DNA from: Eukaryota sp. GEM-RC1
Taxonomy: Eukaryota
Direction: 5' to 3'
DNA: 64,000 nucleotides
Assembly: GCA_040285855.1 (NCBI GenBank)
Contig: JAUFOQ010000010.1
Coordinates: 1 to 64,000 of the forward strand
The notes under the pieces are model-generated. The model saw only the letters and a list, made by a program, of their open reading frames with translations. It did no database searches and had not been told where the DNA came from. Below are positions 12,984-27,469 of the stretch, in pieces; the first letter of the stretch is position 1, and each line of letters starts with the position of its first letter. The translations under genes and the position numbers were made by a program.

Positions 12984-15900
12984 GTACTACAATTACCCAA
13001 TATTCTTACTCACAATTCAACAGAAAGTAGAATCAAGTCGTGACTCGTCATTACAGTGTTTCTCGTTGCTCTAAGTCTCGACTCGTCATGACGAGTCACG
13101 ACTTAGAGAATGTAAGTTGACGTAACGTGACTTGAACTAAGTACACGTCGACGTGACGTAAAGTTGCGTCACGTTATGACGCGTCATGACTCGTCATGTT
13201 ATTTATTTGACCGCTCTACAAAACAACGCTCTTGGAACTCATTGATAGACCACATCATTAGAACGTCGCTGTTATGTTAATGTAGACAGGGCTCCTAATT
13301 AATTTGAAATATTATTCTCATTTAATTTATGTATACCTCTTGATCTGGATCATTTTTTGACTCAATCCAAAAATATTTGTAATTTGAGAATAAAAGATTT
13401 TATAAAGAAAGTACTTACAGTTTAGCTTCGGGAAGAACAAACTTCTCATTGGCAAATGATTGAAGGAAATCTTTCAGATGTGGATCTAATTTCGACACAT
13501 TGATAACCAAACCAGATGTAAAATCACTTTGATGAGGACTACATTTGTCAGAAAACTCCCTGAAAGCACTCGTAGTGGTGAACGAAACACCTAAATTAAC
13601 ATGGGTCAAAGCTTCAGGGGAAGATGTTCTTTCTACGAATGATGAAGTCATCATCCCTGCTGTTGTTCCAGTCTTAACAGAAACTTTCAAAATTCCTAGA
13701 TAGGAGTAGACACTCTCTTGTTCGTTGATTTTAGTCATCAAAACGTCATAACTAAGACCACGACCTTCCTTCGATAACAACGGAATCAGCAAATCAAATC
13801 CAGCATTCTTTGGTGCAGTAATAAACATAACACGAAAAACAAAACCATCCAGAATTAACTTCTGCAAAGCGATAAGATCAGTCTCTTTAGAAAGTGTGTT
13901 GTCAGGAAATGGAAAAGGCATTGGAACTACATGATTAGCATTGACAAACCAATGGTTAAAACGATCGTCAACTGCTTTTGTTGGATTATCAAAAACCAAT
14001 CTACAATGGCACCTTCTGGAACAGGAGAAGTTTTGAAAACTTGTGACAAAGAAACAGGTTCAAGAATATCATCAACAGAGAAAGATTTTTTGGAAGAAGC
14101 AATGAGATAAAGCAGCAAGCACGCAGAAATTGATTCGGCAATATAGCTCACAGAGCTTGCACTGCAACCTGAAAAGATTAGAATGGGGAACAACTCTCTT
14201 AATGAAGCAAAAAACCCGCAAGAACGAGTTCTGGTTTCCTCAATGATACAAGACCAAGAACACGCTCCAATCAAAGGATCAACCATGGGAACAGATAAAA
14301 AGACTTCATCGGAAGAATAAGCATAAGCAGAAACAGATGCAAAAGAACTTTCAACTAAAGTAGAGAGAATGTGATGGGGAATTGTCGCATTCAGACAGCA
14401 GGTCAGAAGCAGAGCAGGGATAATGATCTCGGAGGACTTAATCGAAGTGATTTTGCTCAATTTTGATGCAGAATACTGCAAAGCATTTAGTACCTTAGAA
14501 CGAACTTTAGCAACAAAAGCTTCTAGTGTCGGAGTATTCTGGTAATATGCTATCCAAATAGGCCTCAATGAAACAGCGATCTTGGTAGGAAGAAGATCAG
14601 ACATAAAAGAGTTCAGCTCTACACCTAATACCGTTAGTGGATCCAATTGAGGTGGAGGCACAAGTACTGGAGACAGGGTCTTACCACTGAGAACTTCCAT
14701 TAAAAAGTAAGCTTTTAACATATTCGGCCGGTACTGCCCACTTCTCACATCATTGTGACAAAAGTTTGTTAGATTGCAATGAGTACCAGTCACTACAACT
14801 AGAAGATTGATAGTAGACGGGCCTTTTTGAAGACCTTTCTGATCCACCAAAACTTTTGCATATGCAATAGCAATATTTCGCGTGGCATGTCGAAGAGAAC
14901 GGAATAAGTTCCAGTCGGAATCATCTTCAAAAGAGATGTCAGAAAAGTTTTCATTGTCTACCAATGTACCTACTTCATCAAGAAACAAACAAAAACGAGT
15001 GTTTGCGGCTTCAGTAGTAGATTCAAAAGTTTGTTCACGCACGACACAGAGAATTCTTGAAGAGATTCATCACGATGCTTTGATAAAAGCTGCTCTGCAC
15101 GTCCCTTAACATTGTCATACATTTGAGTCCAATTGTCTTCGCTGGCTCTAAAATTAGGTGTACTTTCCATCATCATGGAAACAAGAAGAGCTTGCAACTT
15201 CATGACCGAAGCTAACACTGAGGATCGTACATTAAGTATTTCCTTTAACCAAGAAGAAAAGGAAGCAGGAGTCTTTGGCCAGCTATTCTGAACTACTGAA
15301 CCATGAAGGCGAGGGAAAGTCAAATATAGAGTGCGGTAGTGGATGTTTTCTGACAAAGGATCATTACCTAAGTTAGAACAAACCTCTCTAACCAAGCGGG
15401 ACTTTCCGCATCCTGTACTACCAATTACGGGAAGGACATTGGAATGAAAGCAAGACAGAAGATTGTTAATACGAAACGCAGAAATAATAGATTGGTTCAG
15501 TCTATCCATGGAGTCAATATGTTGAAACTGATAAGACTGAAGAGGATCTTCAAACTCGGAAGAAGATGGGATTAAGGGGAGAGTGGAATCAGAGACTGTA
15601 TGCAAGGTCAATGACAAGTGTCGTACAACTTGACGTCTTACATGTTGCATTATATCAAGGCGAGCAGAGTTCGTACCAGTTCTTTCCAATTTGGCATAAA
15701 GGCTAAAGCAAGAACAATGGAGGAACATACGAAGCGTTTTTCCCGCTAATATCATTGAGCATATCAATAAACTCATCGGGAAACTCTACAAATTAGATAG
15801 AAAGAGTGACAAACTGTTGACGTCAATTTGGAGACTGTACTGGTCTATAAGATCACGAATGTTCACATCATTCATTATGAGATGATATGAATGACTCTTG

Positions 15901-17020
15901 GATTCGAGTTCAATACGTAGAGCTTGTGGTTGTTCTGGTGGGGCGACAAGAACTGTAACGGTAAAGACCACAGAACTGGCTTCGGAAGAAGAGTCGAGTA
16001 TAATTGGGACCGTGCGTTCACAGCTTTTGCGGAAGACTCCAGAAGGTAGAGAATCTTGGCCCATAAGGGAAGTGTCGTGGTATCCGAATTTAACTGTGTC
16101 GGAGGCTACGGGGGAGGAAGTGTCTGATGACGGAGAATCCATTGATGTAGTCACAAAATTTGTTATCTTCAGTTCATTGTTTGGAGTTGCTGTATAAAAC
16201 TTGTTTTTCACCTGTGTTTGAATATATACTAGAACTCTACAACTTGTACCGTACATTCTTTACACTTAGGTCAATTTCACCACAACACGGTTGATTGCAT
16301 GTCTTTTGATGATAACCTGTTGCATTACAGTTCTTACTGACAGCTTTCTTCTTCGGAATCGGATCCGATTGTTCAGTTGTATTTATCCGGATGGGCTCTT
16401 GCACGTCAGCATTTGCATGATCATCAGATGGAGACACATGATATTTATTCATGACTTGCAGTGCTTGTTCCAGATCTTTTCTTGCTCGCATCTGCTGCAC
16501 ACTTGTATAGAACACAACTCCCAGTTACGATATACAATATCAATTAGATCTTCTTCATCTTCAGAATTTCCATCCCAATGATGATGCTACTCAGGATCCC
16601 AGAGTGATAAAGTTTGTTGAACCTGCTGTTCATACTAACAACATGCCAATTGCTCTAATCCTTGGTGCAATTGTTGGTTTGATTGCTTCTGGAGTAGACG
16701 TTGGAATCCCATTTTTCATCTCGAATCCGATCCGGATCCTGGTGTTCAATATCCGAATCCGATCCAAAAGATCCGATCGGATTGAGCTTTTTAATCTAAT
16801 ACATTTCATTGAGTCTGTTTTAGTTTTGCACTTATCTTACGGTTTTGTTCCATAAAGAAATGACATTCTTTAAACTTGTTTTTACTAGAAGTAAGACTAA
16901 CAAAATTCTGCAAAGTTTTATTAGTCAATAAGTAACATTAATTGCCATCTTCAGAGAAAAATCAATCATCAGCCATAAATCCCGGTTTTGTTCATGAATC
17001 GAGTAAAACCAATACTTGAA
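12984..17020. repeat. Tandem duplicate of ~8030-12055 (hAT right end + CR gene + upstream flank)
   Basis: Homologous ORFs are offset by 4965 bp (8450/13415, 11272/16237). The hAT right end and its TSD are repeated at 12984-13226. Confidence 0.92.
13415..16142 (-). pseudogene. CR NTPase+REase gene, copy 2; full length from MDSPSSD, two homopolymer frameshifts
   Basis: Intact exon 1 and both introns. Frameshifts only at A runs near 15025 and 13991. Confidence 0.8.
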
Positions 17021-17272
17021 CTGTGTCATATTTGAGAGATGCTCTATTTTCGGACACTATTAACCCATCACGGGAAAAGAGTCTGTGTCTCTGAGATAAG
17101 TTCTTGGTCGACAACATTGAAGTAATTGTGGGTGGTGTATTTACCCGGCTCCTAATTAATTTGAATTATTAGTCTCATTTAATTTATGTATACCTCTTGA
17201 TCTGGATCATTTTTATGACTCAACCCAAAAATATTTGTAATCTGAGAATAAAAGATTTTATAAAGAAAGTAC

Positions 17273-19216
17273 TTACAGTTTAGCTTCGGGAAGAACAAAC
17301 TTCTCATTGGCAAATGAGTCAATGAATTCTTTCAGTTGTGGAACTAATTTCGACAGATTGATAACCAAACCAGATGTAAAATCACTTTGATGAGGACTAC
17401 ATTTGTCAGAAAACTCCCTGAAAGCACTCGTAGTGGTGAACGAAACACCTAAATTAACATGGGTCAAAGCTTCAGGGGAAGATGTTCTTTCTACGAATGA
17501 TGAAGTCATCATCCCTGCTGTTGTTCCAGTCTTAACAGAAACTTTCAAAATTCCTAGATAGGAGTAGACACTCTCTTGTTCGTTGATTTTAGTCATCAAA
17601 ACGTCATAACTAAGACCACGACCTTCCTTCGATAACAACGGAACCAGCAAATCAAATCCAGCATTGTTTGGTGCAGTAATAAACAAAACACGAAAAACAA
17701 AACCATCCAGAATTAACTTCTGCAAAGCGATAAGATCAGTCTCTTCAGAAAGTGTGTTGTCAGGGAAATCGAAAAGGCATTGGAACTACATGATTAGCAT
17801 TGACAAACCAATGGTTAAAACGATCGTCAACTGCTTTTGTTGGATTATCAAAAACCAATCTACAATGGCACCTTCTGGAACAGGAGAAGTTTTGAAAACT
17901 TGTGACAAAGAAACAGGTTCAAGAATATCATCAACAGAGAAAGATTTTTGGAAGAAGCAATGAGATAAAGCAGCAAGCACGCAGAAATTGATTCGGCAAT
18001 ATAGCTCACAGAGCTTGCACTGCAACCTGAAAAGATTAGAATGGGGAACAACTCTCTTAATGAAGCAAAAACCCGCAAGAACGAGTTCTGGTTTCCTCAA
18101 TGATACAAGACCAAGAACACGCTCCAATCAAAGGATCAACCATGGGAACAGATAAAAAGACTTCATCGGAAGAATAAGCATAAGCAGAAACAGATGCAAA
18201 AGAACTTTCAACTAAAGTAGAGAGAATGTGATGGGGAATTGTCGCATTCAGACAGCAGGTCAGAAGCAGAGCAGGGATAATGATCTCGGAGGACTTAATC
18301 GAAGTGATTTTGCTCAATTTTGATGCAGAATACTGCAAAGCATTTAGTACCTTAGAACGAACTTTAGCAACAAAAGCTTCTAGTGTCGGAGTATTCTGGT
18401 AATATGCTATCCAAATAGGCCTCAATGAAACAGCGATCTTGGTAGGAAGAAGATCAGACATAAAAGAGTTCAGCTCTACACCTAATACCGTTAGTGGATC
18501 CAATTGAGGTGGAGGCACAAGTACTGGAGACAGGGTCTTACCACTGAGAACTTCCATTAAAAAGTAAGCTTTTAACATATTCGGCCGGTACTGCCCACTT
18601 CTCACATCATTGTGACAAAAGTTTGTTAGATTGCAATGAGTACCAGTCACTACAACTAGAAGATTGATAGTAGACGGGCCTTTTGAAGACCTTTCTGATC
18701 CACCAAAACTTTTGCATATGCAATAGCAATATTTCGCGTGGCATGTCGAAGAGAACGGAATAAGTTCCAGTCGGAATCATCTTCAAAAGAGATGTCAGAA
18801 AAGTTTTCATTGTCTACCAATGTACCTACTTCATCAAGAAACAAACAAAAACGAGTGTTTGCGGCTTCAGTAGTAGATTCAAAAAGTTTGTTCACGCACG
18901 ACACAGAGAATTCTTGAAGAGATTCATCACGATGCTTTGATAAAAGCTGCTCTGCACGTCCCTTAACATTGTCATACATTTGAGTCCAATTGTCTTCGCT
19001 GGCTCTAAAATTAGGTGTACTTTCCATCATCATGGAAACAAGAAGAGATTGCAACTTCATGACCGAAGCTAACACTGAGGATCGTACATTAAGTATTTCC
19101 TTTAACCAAGAAGAAAAGGAAACAGGAGACTTTGGCCAGCTATTCTGAACTACTGAACCATGAAGGCGAGGGAAAGTCAAATATAGAGTGCGGTAGTGGA
19201 TGTTTTCTGACAAAGG
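17273..19216 (-). pseudogene. CR NTPase+REase gene, copy 3; 5'-truncated, several 1-nt frameshifts
   Basis: ORF pieces 18656-19213, 18057-18650, 17786-18127 and 17273-17725 are near-identical to the other copies. Walker A is missing. Confidence 0.88.
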
Positions 19217-20780
19217 TACATTGGTAAAACTTTTCTGACATTTCTTTTGAAGATGATTCCGACTGGAACTTATTCCGTTCTCTTCGACATGTCACGCGAA
19301 ATATTGCTATTGCATATGGAAAAGTTTTGGTGGATCAGAAAGGTCTTCAAAAAGTGCAGTCTCTTGAAAAAGGCCCGTCTACTATCAATCTTCTAGTTGT
19401 AGTGACTGGTACTCATTGCAATCTAACAAACTTTTGTCACAATGATGTGAGAAGTGGGCAGTACCGGCCGAATATGTTAAAAACTTACTTTTTAATGGAA
19501 GTTCTCAGTGGTAAGACCCTGTCTCCAGTACTTGTCCCTCCACCTCAATTGGATCCACTAACGGTATTAGGTGTAGAGCTGAACTCTTTTATGTCTGATC
19601 TTCTTCCTACCAAGATCGCTGTTTCATTGAGGCCTATTTGGATAGCATATTACCAGAATACTCCGACACTAGAAGCTTTTGTTGCTAAAGTTCGTTCTAA
19701 GGTACTAAATGCTTTGCAGTATTCTGCATCAAAATTGAGCAAAATCACTTCGATTAAGTCCTCCGAGATCATTATCCCTGCTCTGCTTCTGACCTGCTGT
19801 CTGAATGCGACAATTCCCCATCACATTCTCTCTACTTTAGTTGAAAGTTCTTTTGCATCTGTTTCTGCTTATGCTTATTCTTCCGATGAAGTCTTTTTAT
19901 CTGTTCCCATGGTTGATCCTTTGATTGGAGCGTGTTCTTGGTCTTGTATCATTGAGGAAACCAGAACTCGTTCTTGCGGGTTTTTTGCTTCATTAAGAGA
20001 GTTGTTCCCCATTCTAATCTTTTCAGGTTGCAGTGCAAGCTCTGTGAGCTATATTGCCGAATCAATTTCTGCGTGCTTGCTGCTTTATCTCATTGCTTCT
20101 TCCAAAAAATCTTTCTCTGTTGATGATATTCTTGAACCTGTTTCTTTGTCACAAGTTTTCAAAACTTCTCCTGTTCCAGAAGGTGCCATTGTAGATTGGT
20201 TTTTGATAATCCAACAAAAGCAGTTGACGATCGTTTTAACCATTGGTTTGTCAATGCTAATCATGTAGTTCCAATGCCTTTTCCATTTCCTGACAACACA
20301 CTTTCTAAAGAGACTGATCTTATCGCTTTGCAGAAGTTAATTCTGGATGGTTTTGTTTTTCGTGTTTTGTTTATTACTGCACCAAACAATGCTGGATTTG
20401 ATTTGCTGATTCCGTTGTTATCGAAGGAAGGTCGTGGTCTTAGTTATGACGATTTGATGACTAAAATCAACGAACAAGAGAGTGTCTACTCCTATCTAGG
20501 AATTTTGAAAGTTTCTGTTAAGACTGGAACAACAGCAGGGATGATGACTTCATCATTCGTAGAAAGAACATCTTCCCCTGAAGCTTTGACCCATGTTAAT
20601 TTAGGTGTTTCGTTCACCACTACGAGTGCTTTCAGGGAGTTTTCTGACAAATGTAGTCCTCATCAAAGTGATTTTACATCTGGTTTGGTTATCAATCTGT
20701 CGAAATTAGTTCCACAACTGAAAGAATTCATTGACTCATTTGCCAATGAGAAGTTTGTTCTTCCCGAAGCTAAACTGTAA
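19214..20780 (+). pseudogene. CR NTPase+REase gene, copy 4; 5'-truncated just after Walker B, head-to-head with copy 3
   Basis: ORFs 19327-20268 and 20196-20780. Carries an extra VQSLEK and an 8-nt deletion near the junction. Confidence 0.88.
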
Positions 20781-20977
20781 GTACTTTCTTTATAAAATCT
20801 TTTATTCTCAAATTACAAATATTTTTGGATTGAGTCAAAAAAATGATCCAGATCAAGAGGTATACATAAATTAAATGAGAATAATATTTCAAATTAATTA
20901 GGAGCCCTGTCTACATTAACATAACAGCGACGTTCTAATGATGTGGTCTATCAATGAGTTCCAAGAGCGTTGTTTTG

Positions 20978-22389
20978 TAGAGCGGCCAAATAAATAACGT
21001 GACGAGTCATAACGTGACGCAACTTTACGTCACGTCGACGTGTACTTAGTTCAAGTCACGTTACGTCAACTTACATTCTCTAAGTCGTGACTCGTCATGA
21101 CGAGTCGAGACTTAGAGCAACGAGAAACACTGTAATGACGAGTCACGACTTGATTCTACTTTCTGTTGAATTGTGAGTAAGAATATTGGGTAATTGTAGT
21201 ACTGACATTGATATCATATTACAATCAAACATTTCTTTACAAATTTAAAAGAACCAAATTTACGAATATGTATCTAAATATCTAATTTGTACCATGACTG
21301 CAAACAGAGAAGTGTCTGAACGATATCATCATTCAAAGATGATCGTTTTGCAGTCACAACGAGTGATGTCCAAAAATAAACTGCAATAGATTTTCTGTCA
21401 TTAATTGCTGAAAATAAATTATTGTGATATATCACTATTTATCAATGATAAATAATTGATAGGAAAAGATGTAAGAACTTCATTTTAATTAAGTAAGCAG
21501 ACACTCTAACCCAAAGACGAGTAGCTCTCACATTGTCGACATTCAAGTACTGCTGTTCACGTTCAAAAGAGCTCACCACCATGGGCAGAAAGATGGAGCT
21601 CGGATCTGCGATCAGTCAGCCGAAATCAACTTTGCGAACGACCTACAACGAGGTTCGATGTAGTTGATATGAAAAAAGATCGACACAATCAGATGATTGA
21701 TCAATGAAAACTTTGAAATATTTTTTTTTGTCACGGTAGTAGAGGCAAGTGAAAGCGCATTTTCAACAGAAGAGATACAAAAATGTTTGAAAAGAACACT
21801 AAAAATTTTTTGTTTAACCACGAGAGAAAACAGAGGGGAAAAATTATCAGAAACAATTGCAATAAATTCTGATACGGCGATTTGCCAAAGATTAATTATT
21901 GTGTCATATTAATAAAAAACCGGGTTTTATGATCAATCAGTGAAATAAATGCATTTGCAGAAATTAATATGTATATTTATTGTAATAAATTAGGTGATAA
22001 ATTATTGATTTGGGATCCCTGGTCACAACTAATCCTGCTTGCCATAATAGCTGTTGTGCTGGCACTGAAGTGGCTTGAATACAGAAATAGTCTCTAGCAA
22101 TTTCCCCCCTGAGAAGAGGAGTCGTTGTCACTGTCGTGTTCCTCGACACAATCGGATCCATTAGATCGTTTTAGAGGAGGAGTTAAAGTTGTTTGTAGTA
22201 GCTTTCTTGTAGGCATACAAAGGCAGAGGTAAACTAGAGAAATATCAACAAATGGTTATTCTGTAAATCGTCATGACTCGTCATAACGTGACGTGACTTT
22301 AAGTCGACTTGAATTTCTTGGAAGTCACCTCACGTCGACGTCAATTTTTCAAGTCGTGACGCGTTGTGACTCGTCATTTGACAGCCCTA
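20978..22389 (-). mobile_element. Duplicate of the non-autonomous hAT element (partial third copy at 45800-46535)
   Basis: Same TIRs and same TSD (TTGTTTTG), so it was copied with its flank rather than inserted independently. Confidence 0.88.
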
Positions 22390-25300
22390 TTGTTTTGCTT
22401 GATCTGATCATACTGCTCTTTGTTTGATAAAATGTTGGCAAATTATTTGAGTCGCACTCCTGCCGTAATGATGATAATAGATTCACAATGCACATCTACA
22501 TATGGTCCTATCATTTCTAGAGGGAAGACACAAACAAAACGACCAAGAACTTATCACAGAGACACTGCGGTTTGATATACTCCAAAAGATGACGAATTGA
22601 GGGAGAAATGTGAAGAGAGAGTAAAGGGTTGGACAAGCGATCTGTATGGATATAATCTGTAGATTGTTGACATTAAGTCCTATTGAACTGATGAAACAGC
22701 GACACATTAGTTGATAGGAGCTACTAATACCTTGAAAAGCATTACCAATAGTACAGTATCATGATTCGACCTTTTCCCTGTGATATGTGTCTTCTCTGAG
22801 TTTGGATCAGAGAAAACATCTGTATCTCATTGGGAAACGGAACATTGACGGAAACATTAAGTGCGGACTGCAGAGTAGATCAAAACTCTTGCTGTATCGA
22901 AGCAAATAGTTCTAAAACCAACATCGAGACCAACAGTGTGTTATATGTGAAGCTCATGATGTAGGTAGGACGAGAAGTGGTGTAAAAACAAGATGTAAGA
23001 AAATGTGAAAGACCAAAAATGTGAAGTCAGATTTGGAAGAGTATCTGCTGATCAGGATCAATGATGCAACACAACACAAATGCTACACTTCAGGAAACAT
23101 TTAGTCTCACTGAGACTAGTTCTGTCCTGGTCTTTTTGAAAAGTGTTCTTGTGAGACTATATTTGTCCTACAATTTCAAAATACAACAACTTTTTTTGGA
23201 AACTAAAATTAAATAACAATTGAACTGTTCTATGAACAAACAGTTTAATGATATCAAATTTCAGTTGTTTGATCTATTACATTTATAATAAAATAGAAAT
23301 AGAATTAAACTGTTCTTTACAGTCCATAGATATACAGTACAAACAACAAACAGATGAAACGAAGTACTTCTGTAAGTTTACACGGTATATAACTGAATCT
23401 GGATCTCGTATTATTGTATTTGTGGCCAGGAATACACGTTTTCAGTAACGTTGATTTCCGACACAATTCGGGAGTCTTTTAAACGAGATCAAATATATGT
23501 TGCATCTGTTAATCATCAAGAAAAAAGTGTACTATCCTAAGTTGAGGATGACTAATTAATTGGAGCCTAGATGATGACGATCATTGGTATGCTAGTGAGC
23601 AAATCTGAGTAGTGAAGTCGGTTTTAACACTTCAACAATTGTGCAGAATTAGTCTCAGTACAAAAATAGTTTCACTGAGATTTGGTGAGACCAATTTTGG
23701 GATGGTCAAATTGAATCTCGAGCACAGAATCAGTCTCAGTGAGACCAACCGTTTCCTGAAGCGTATTCATGCAAACTCCCCTCTCATTTCTGTGATCTCC
23801 ACGGTTCTTTGACTTATAAAAGCCATTTAGTTTGATCAAACAACCCCATCTGTCCAGTTTCCTTTCTTAGAAGTAGAATCATTACTTCGTGAACAGGTTC
23901 TTCCTTTCTGAAAGATAAACATTACTCGGTATATGACACTTCAATTATGTTCTGATTACTCCCTCAATTCTTCTAACGTCTTATCATATCTTCACATTTC
24001 TTCTCTGTCAACCATCATCCTCATCTTATCTCTCGTTTTCTCTTGGCTCCATAGATTCCTAGTGTTCTGATGCTTCCGGCATTATCCAACTTGCACTCAT
24101 CTTCTTCCTTATCGCCTCTTTCCTTATCATACACTAGTGGCAATCTTTTCTCCAAACGAGTCTTATGTTCCTCTCGTACTCAAGCTCAATCGAAGTTCAA
24201 GTAGTAATCATCTCTTTCTTTTTCTTAGCTCATCATCAGTATTGAGAGTTACTTGTGGTGCACCCTTTTGAATCTCTTTAATGGGGTTCAACACTGAAAA
24301 CATTACTCAAACGACCAAAATATCCACAATTTTGCAATTTCACAATCTCTCTCTCACATCACGTGGACTGAACACTCACCTTCTGATCTACTTATTGACT
24401 TCTTCCCATGAATCACTGATTTTGCCCCTGATCTCGACTCTGAATTGAAATCACTGTTATTGCTATTCTTTTTCAAGATGTTACGATTAATGACTGCCGA
24501 CGTGGCCAATCCTTTTGGATTTTTAAGAGAGGCCAACGGAGATTTGTATCTCTACAGTCATTGTTACGTGATCATGTCAATCATATACGTCAATACCCAT
24601 TCCTCCTATTGATGCTGATTGTCGTTGTCATTTCTTTGTCTTGCTTTCTTCGTTGAATATGTGAGATTTTAAAAGGTTTCCTTGCTTATCATTTATCGGT
24701 TTTATGTCAATCAAAATTATCATGATGACAACATCGTCAAACAGAAAGTTACACGATTCTCTAAACACTTGTATACACATTATACTTCTTTTAATCACTA
24801 TCTCGATTACAAAGTATTTTTCTGGTATATGACGTCGTCCAGCACTTGTTTCAATGATCACTTATCAGCTATCACGTGGGTGATCCCTTCTCAATGGGAA
24901 CTTCCTTTTGTTTTGCGTGTAATTGTGCTACTGATTTGATGAAGAGACATCATTGGTACCAGGATTGATTCAGACTGGACTTTTACAGACTTCTCTTCTG
25001 GTGATGATTTTGCTCATTTATAGCATGTTTTCGTTTTGAGCATAATGGTCGATACTCGTTATTGTACTATTTCGTGGACAATGTTAAGAAATTTACTGTT
25101 AAAGAAGCTGATCCTGAATCTTCATCTGCAAGCCATGTTTAAACCATCATCTCGGCTAGATATCTGTTACCAAATATACCAATCAAAAGAATTGATCTCT
25201 TTTTGATTTCGTCTATGAAACGTCACCTTTATGGTAGTATCTTATTAAGTATATTTTTATCATTTATTATGACACTGGTTGTTTGTTATTTATTTTTGTT

Positions 25301-27469
25301 CAGCAAAATGTTTTGTACTTTACACAAAAGTTTGTTTACACTCATACCTATTCTCTCGTACAATAGAGGGAATAGGTAGTAGCTTCCCGCTACTGGTGCT
25401 CTTCACCCCAGGTTCACCCCAGGTGAGGGGGGGAGAGTCGTGCCAAGATGCTGAGAGAACTCTCTTTGTTGCTGACAGTAATCTTCTATTTAATTTTTCT
25501 ATTTATGATGGAAGAAATTTCCATCACTTGATTTCTTAATTGCAAAATTTTCATTCTCTATAACCCCATAATTTTCAAAAATTATTAGCGAAATGATTTT
25601 ACGGGGGAAATAAACACGAACATTGACGCTATAAAGCTCATTGTGATGTCTTATTATCAATTCTTTTCTTCAACAGACTGTAGCTGTGCTCCAAAGGGAG
25701 CAGTAAAGGAACATGGTCCCAAAAGATCTTCAGTTACAATGTTTAACTGGGAGACGGGTAGAGACGTTAAACTTGGTGTCTTTAGCTAGTGGGATCGGTA
25801 GAAGGAAATTTTGAATCATTTTTTAAACAGAGAGCGATGTGCTAAAGGAGGTTTCTTGAAAAGGAGGTCTTGATGATTCTTGTTTGAAGAAAGACTTTGC
25901 AGATGCAATGCTACATGAAGAGCTTACATATCTCGGATATCTCAATGTGAGGATGAGGGAAACAGTAGAAGATGGACACGTCACTAGTACTAGTTGATAT
26001 GGTATTTCCTAATAAACGAGGCAGTCTTTGAGATATGATGGTATGAAGGAAGATACCTCAACTAGGGTTGTATCTAAGATTGTTAGAATGAGACCAGTTC
26101 AGTCTCCATTTTCAAGCTTGGCTCGACTCATGAGTCAACGAAGCCTGACTTGAGCTGAGTCAGGAGAGATTCAAATCAGAGAGTCCATTTGACTTAAAAT
26201 TACAATCCTACAAATGCATTAGTTGTCCATAACTTCAATACTTGTCATGCGCCACCACGCCATGATCCATACGCCATCGAGTTATGACATTGCAAAATTG
26301 TTTTATGGACTAACCCAGCAGAATTAACTAGAATACTAATTGGTATGTCATCAAACAGCACCAATTATTTGGCAAATAATTGATCAATCAAATACAAGTC
26401 TTTCAGTAATGAAATGATAGAAATGGAAAAAGAAACAATTATGGTATTACATTGACAGCTCCAAATTATACAAAGCATGTCAGTCAGCAATATGTCCCTT
26501 TTGATAAACTTTTATAGAACAAAAACAGTGAGATAGAAAACTAGAACTCAATACCATTAAAGCATCATTCATTGCCATTGAAAACTCACTCTAGTAACGG
26601 TAATTTATGTCATATATCAATTTCACACTATGGCAATTGATTCTGATCTTTTTCTCACTCATTTTTGATCAATCAATTTGGCTGAATCGCATTGTTTTTA
26701 CTTTATATCAATTCATATTATGATGACATACGCTCTTTTAGCTCTGAATAGTGTCTACGAGGAAAAAGCTTAAGCTTTGATTGTTAGTTTCTGTTTCAAA
26801 TAATAATTCTAAAGAACGCGGATTTATGTGCGGAGAAAAGCACACAACAAGAAAACAACAAATACATATAGATTATTAAAACAAAGGAAAACGATAAAAA
26901 GGTGATAAAAATAGTTAACTATAGTAGGTGAAAATTCTACCCTCAATAACTTAACATCTCGAAAACATGCAACAATTACTGTATCGATGTCTGATCAATC
27001 TTATGGGGTCCATTAGCCTGACCAAGAAGATAAACAGACATTCCCAACTTCGGGGGAGGGACAGAGAAGATGGAATCAATACGATACAATCAGATGAATA
27101 CTAAATAGAAGGAATAGCAACACCTTCATACAAAACAGTGTCATCCACTCGACCAATAACAACAAACTTGTCCAAATTGATCGTCAAATTAATTTGAAAC
27201 GAAAGATCAACGAATCGTGCAAAGCTTGGTTTCAAAATGTGCATTTTGCCAACCAAAGAAGTTTCATCAGCATACGAATTTATCATTATACCTGGAAACT
27301 CACTATGGAAAACTCGTAACACTTTCTGCAAAGGCAAACAAAAAAGAAAAAGGGCCAAGAGGATCATCTTGCTTCACACCACGAGACGAATTCGTTAAAA
27401 TTCCTTAAAAGCCAAATCAGTAGGACTTCCATAAAATGCTTCCAAAATATGGAACAAATTCAGGAAAGT

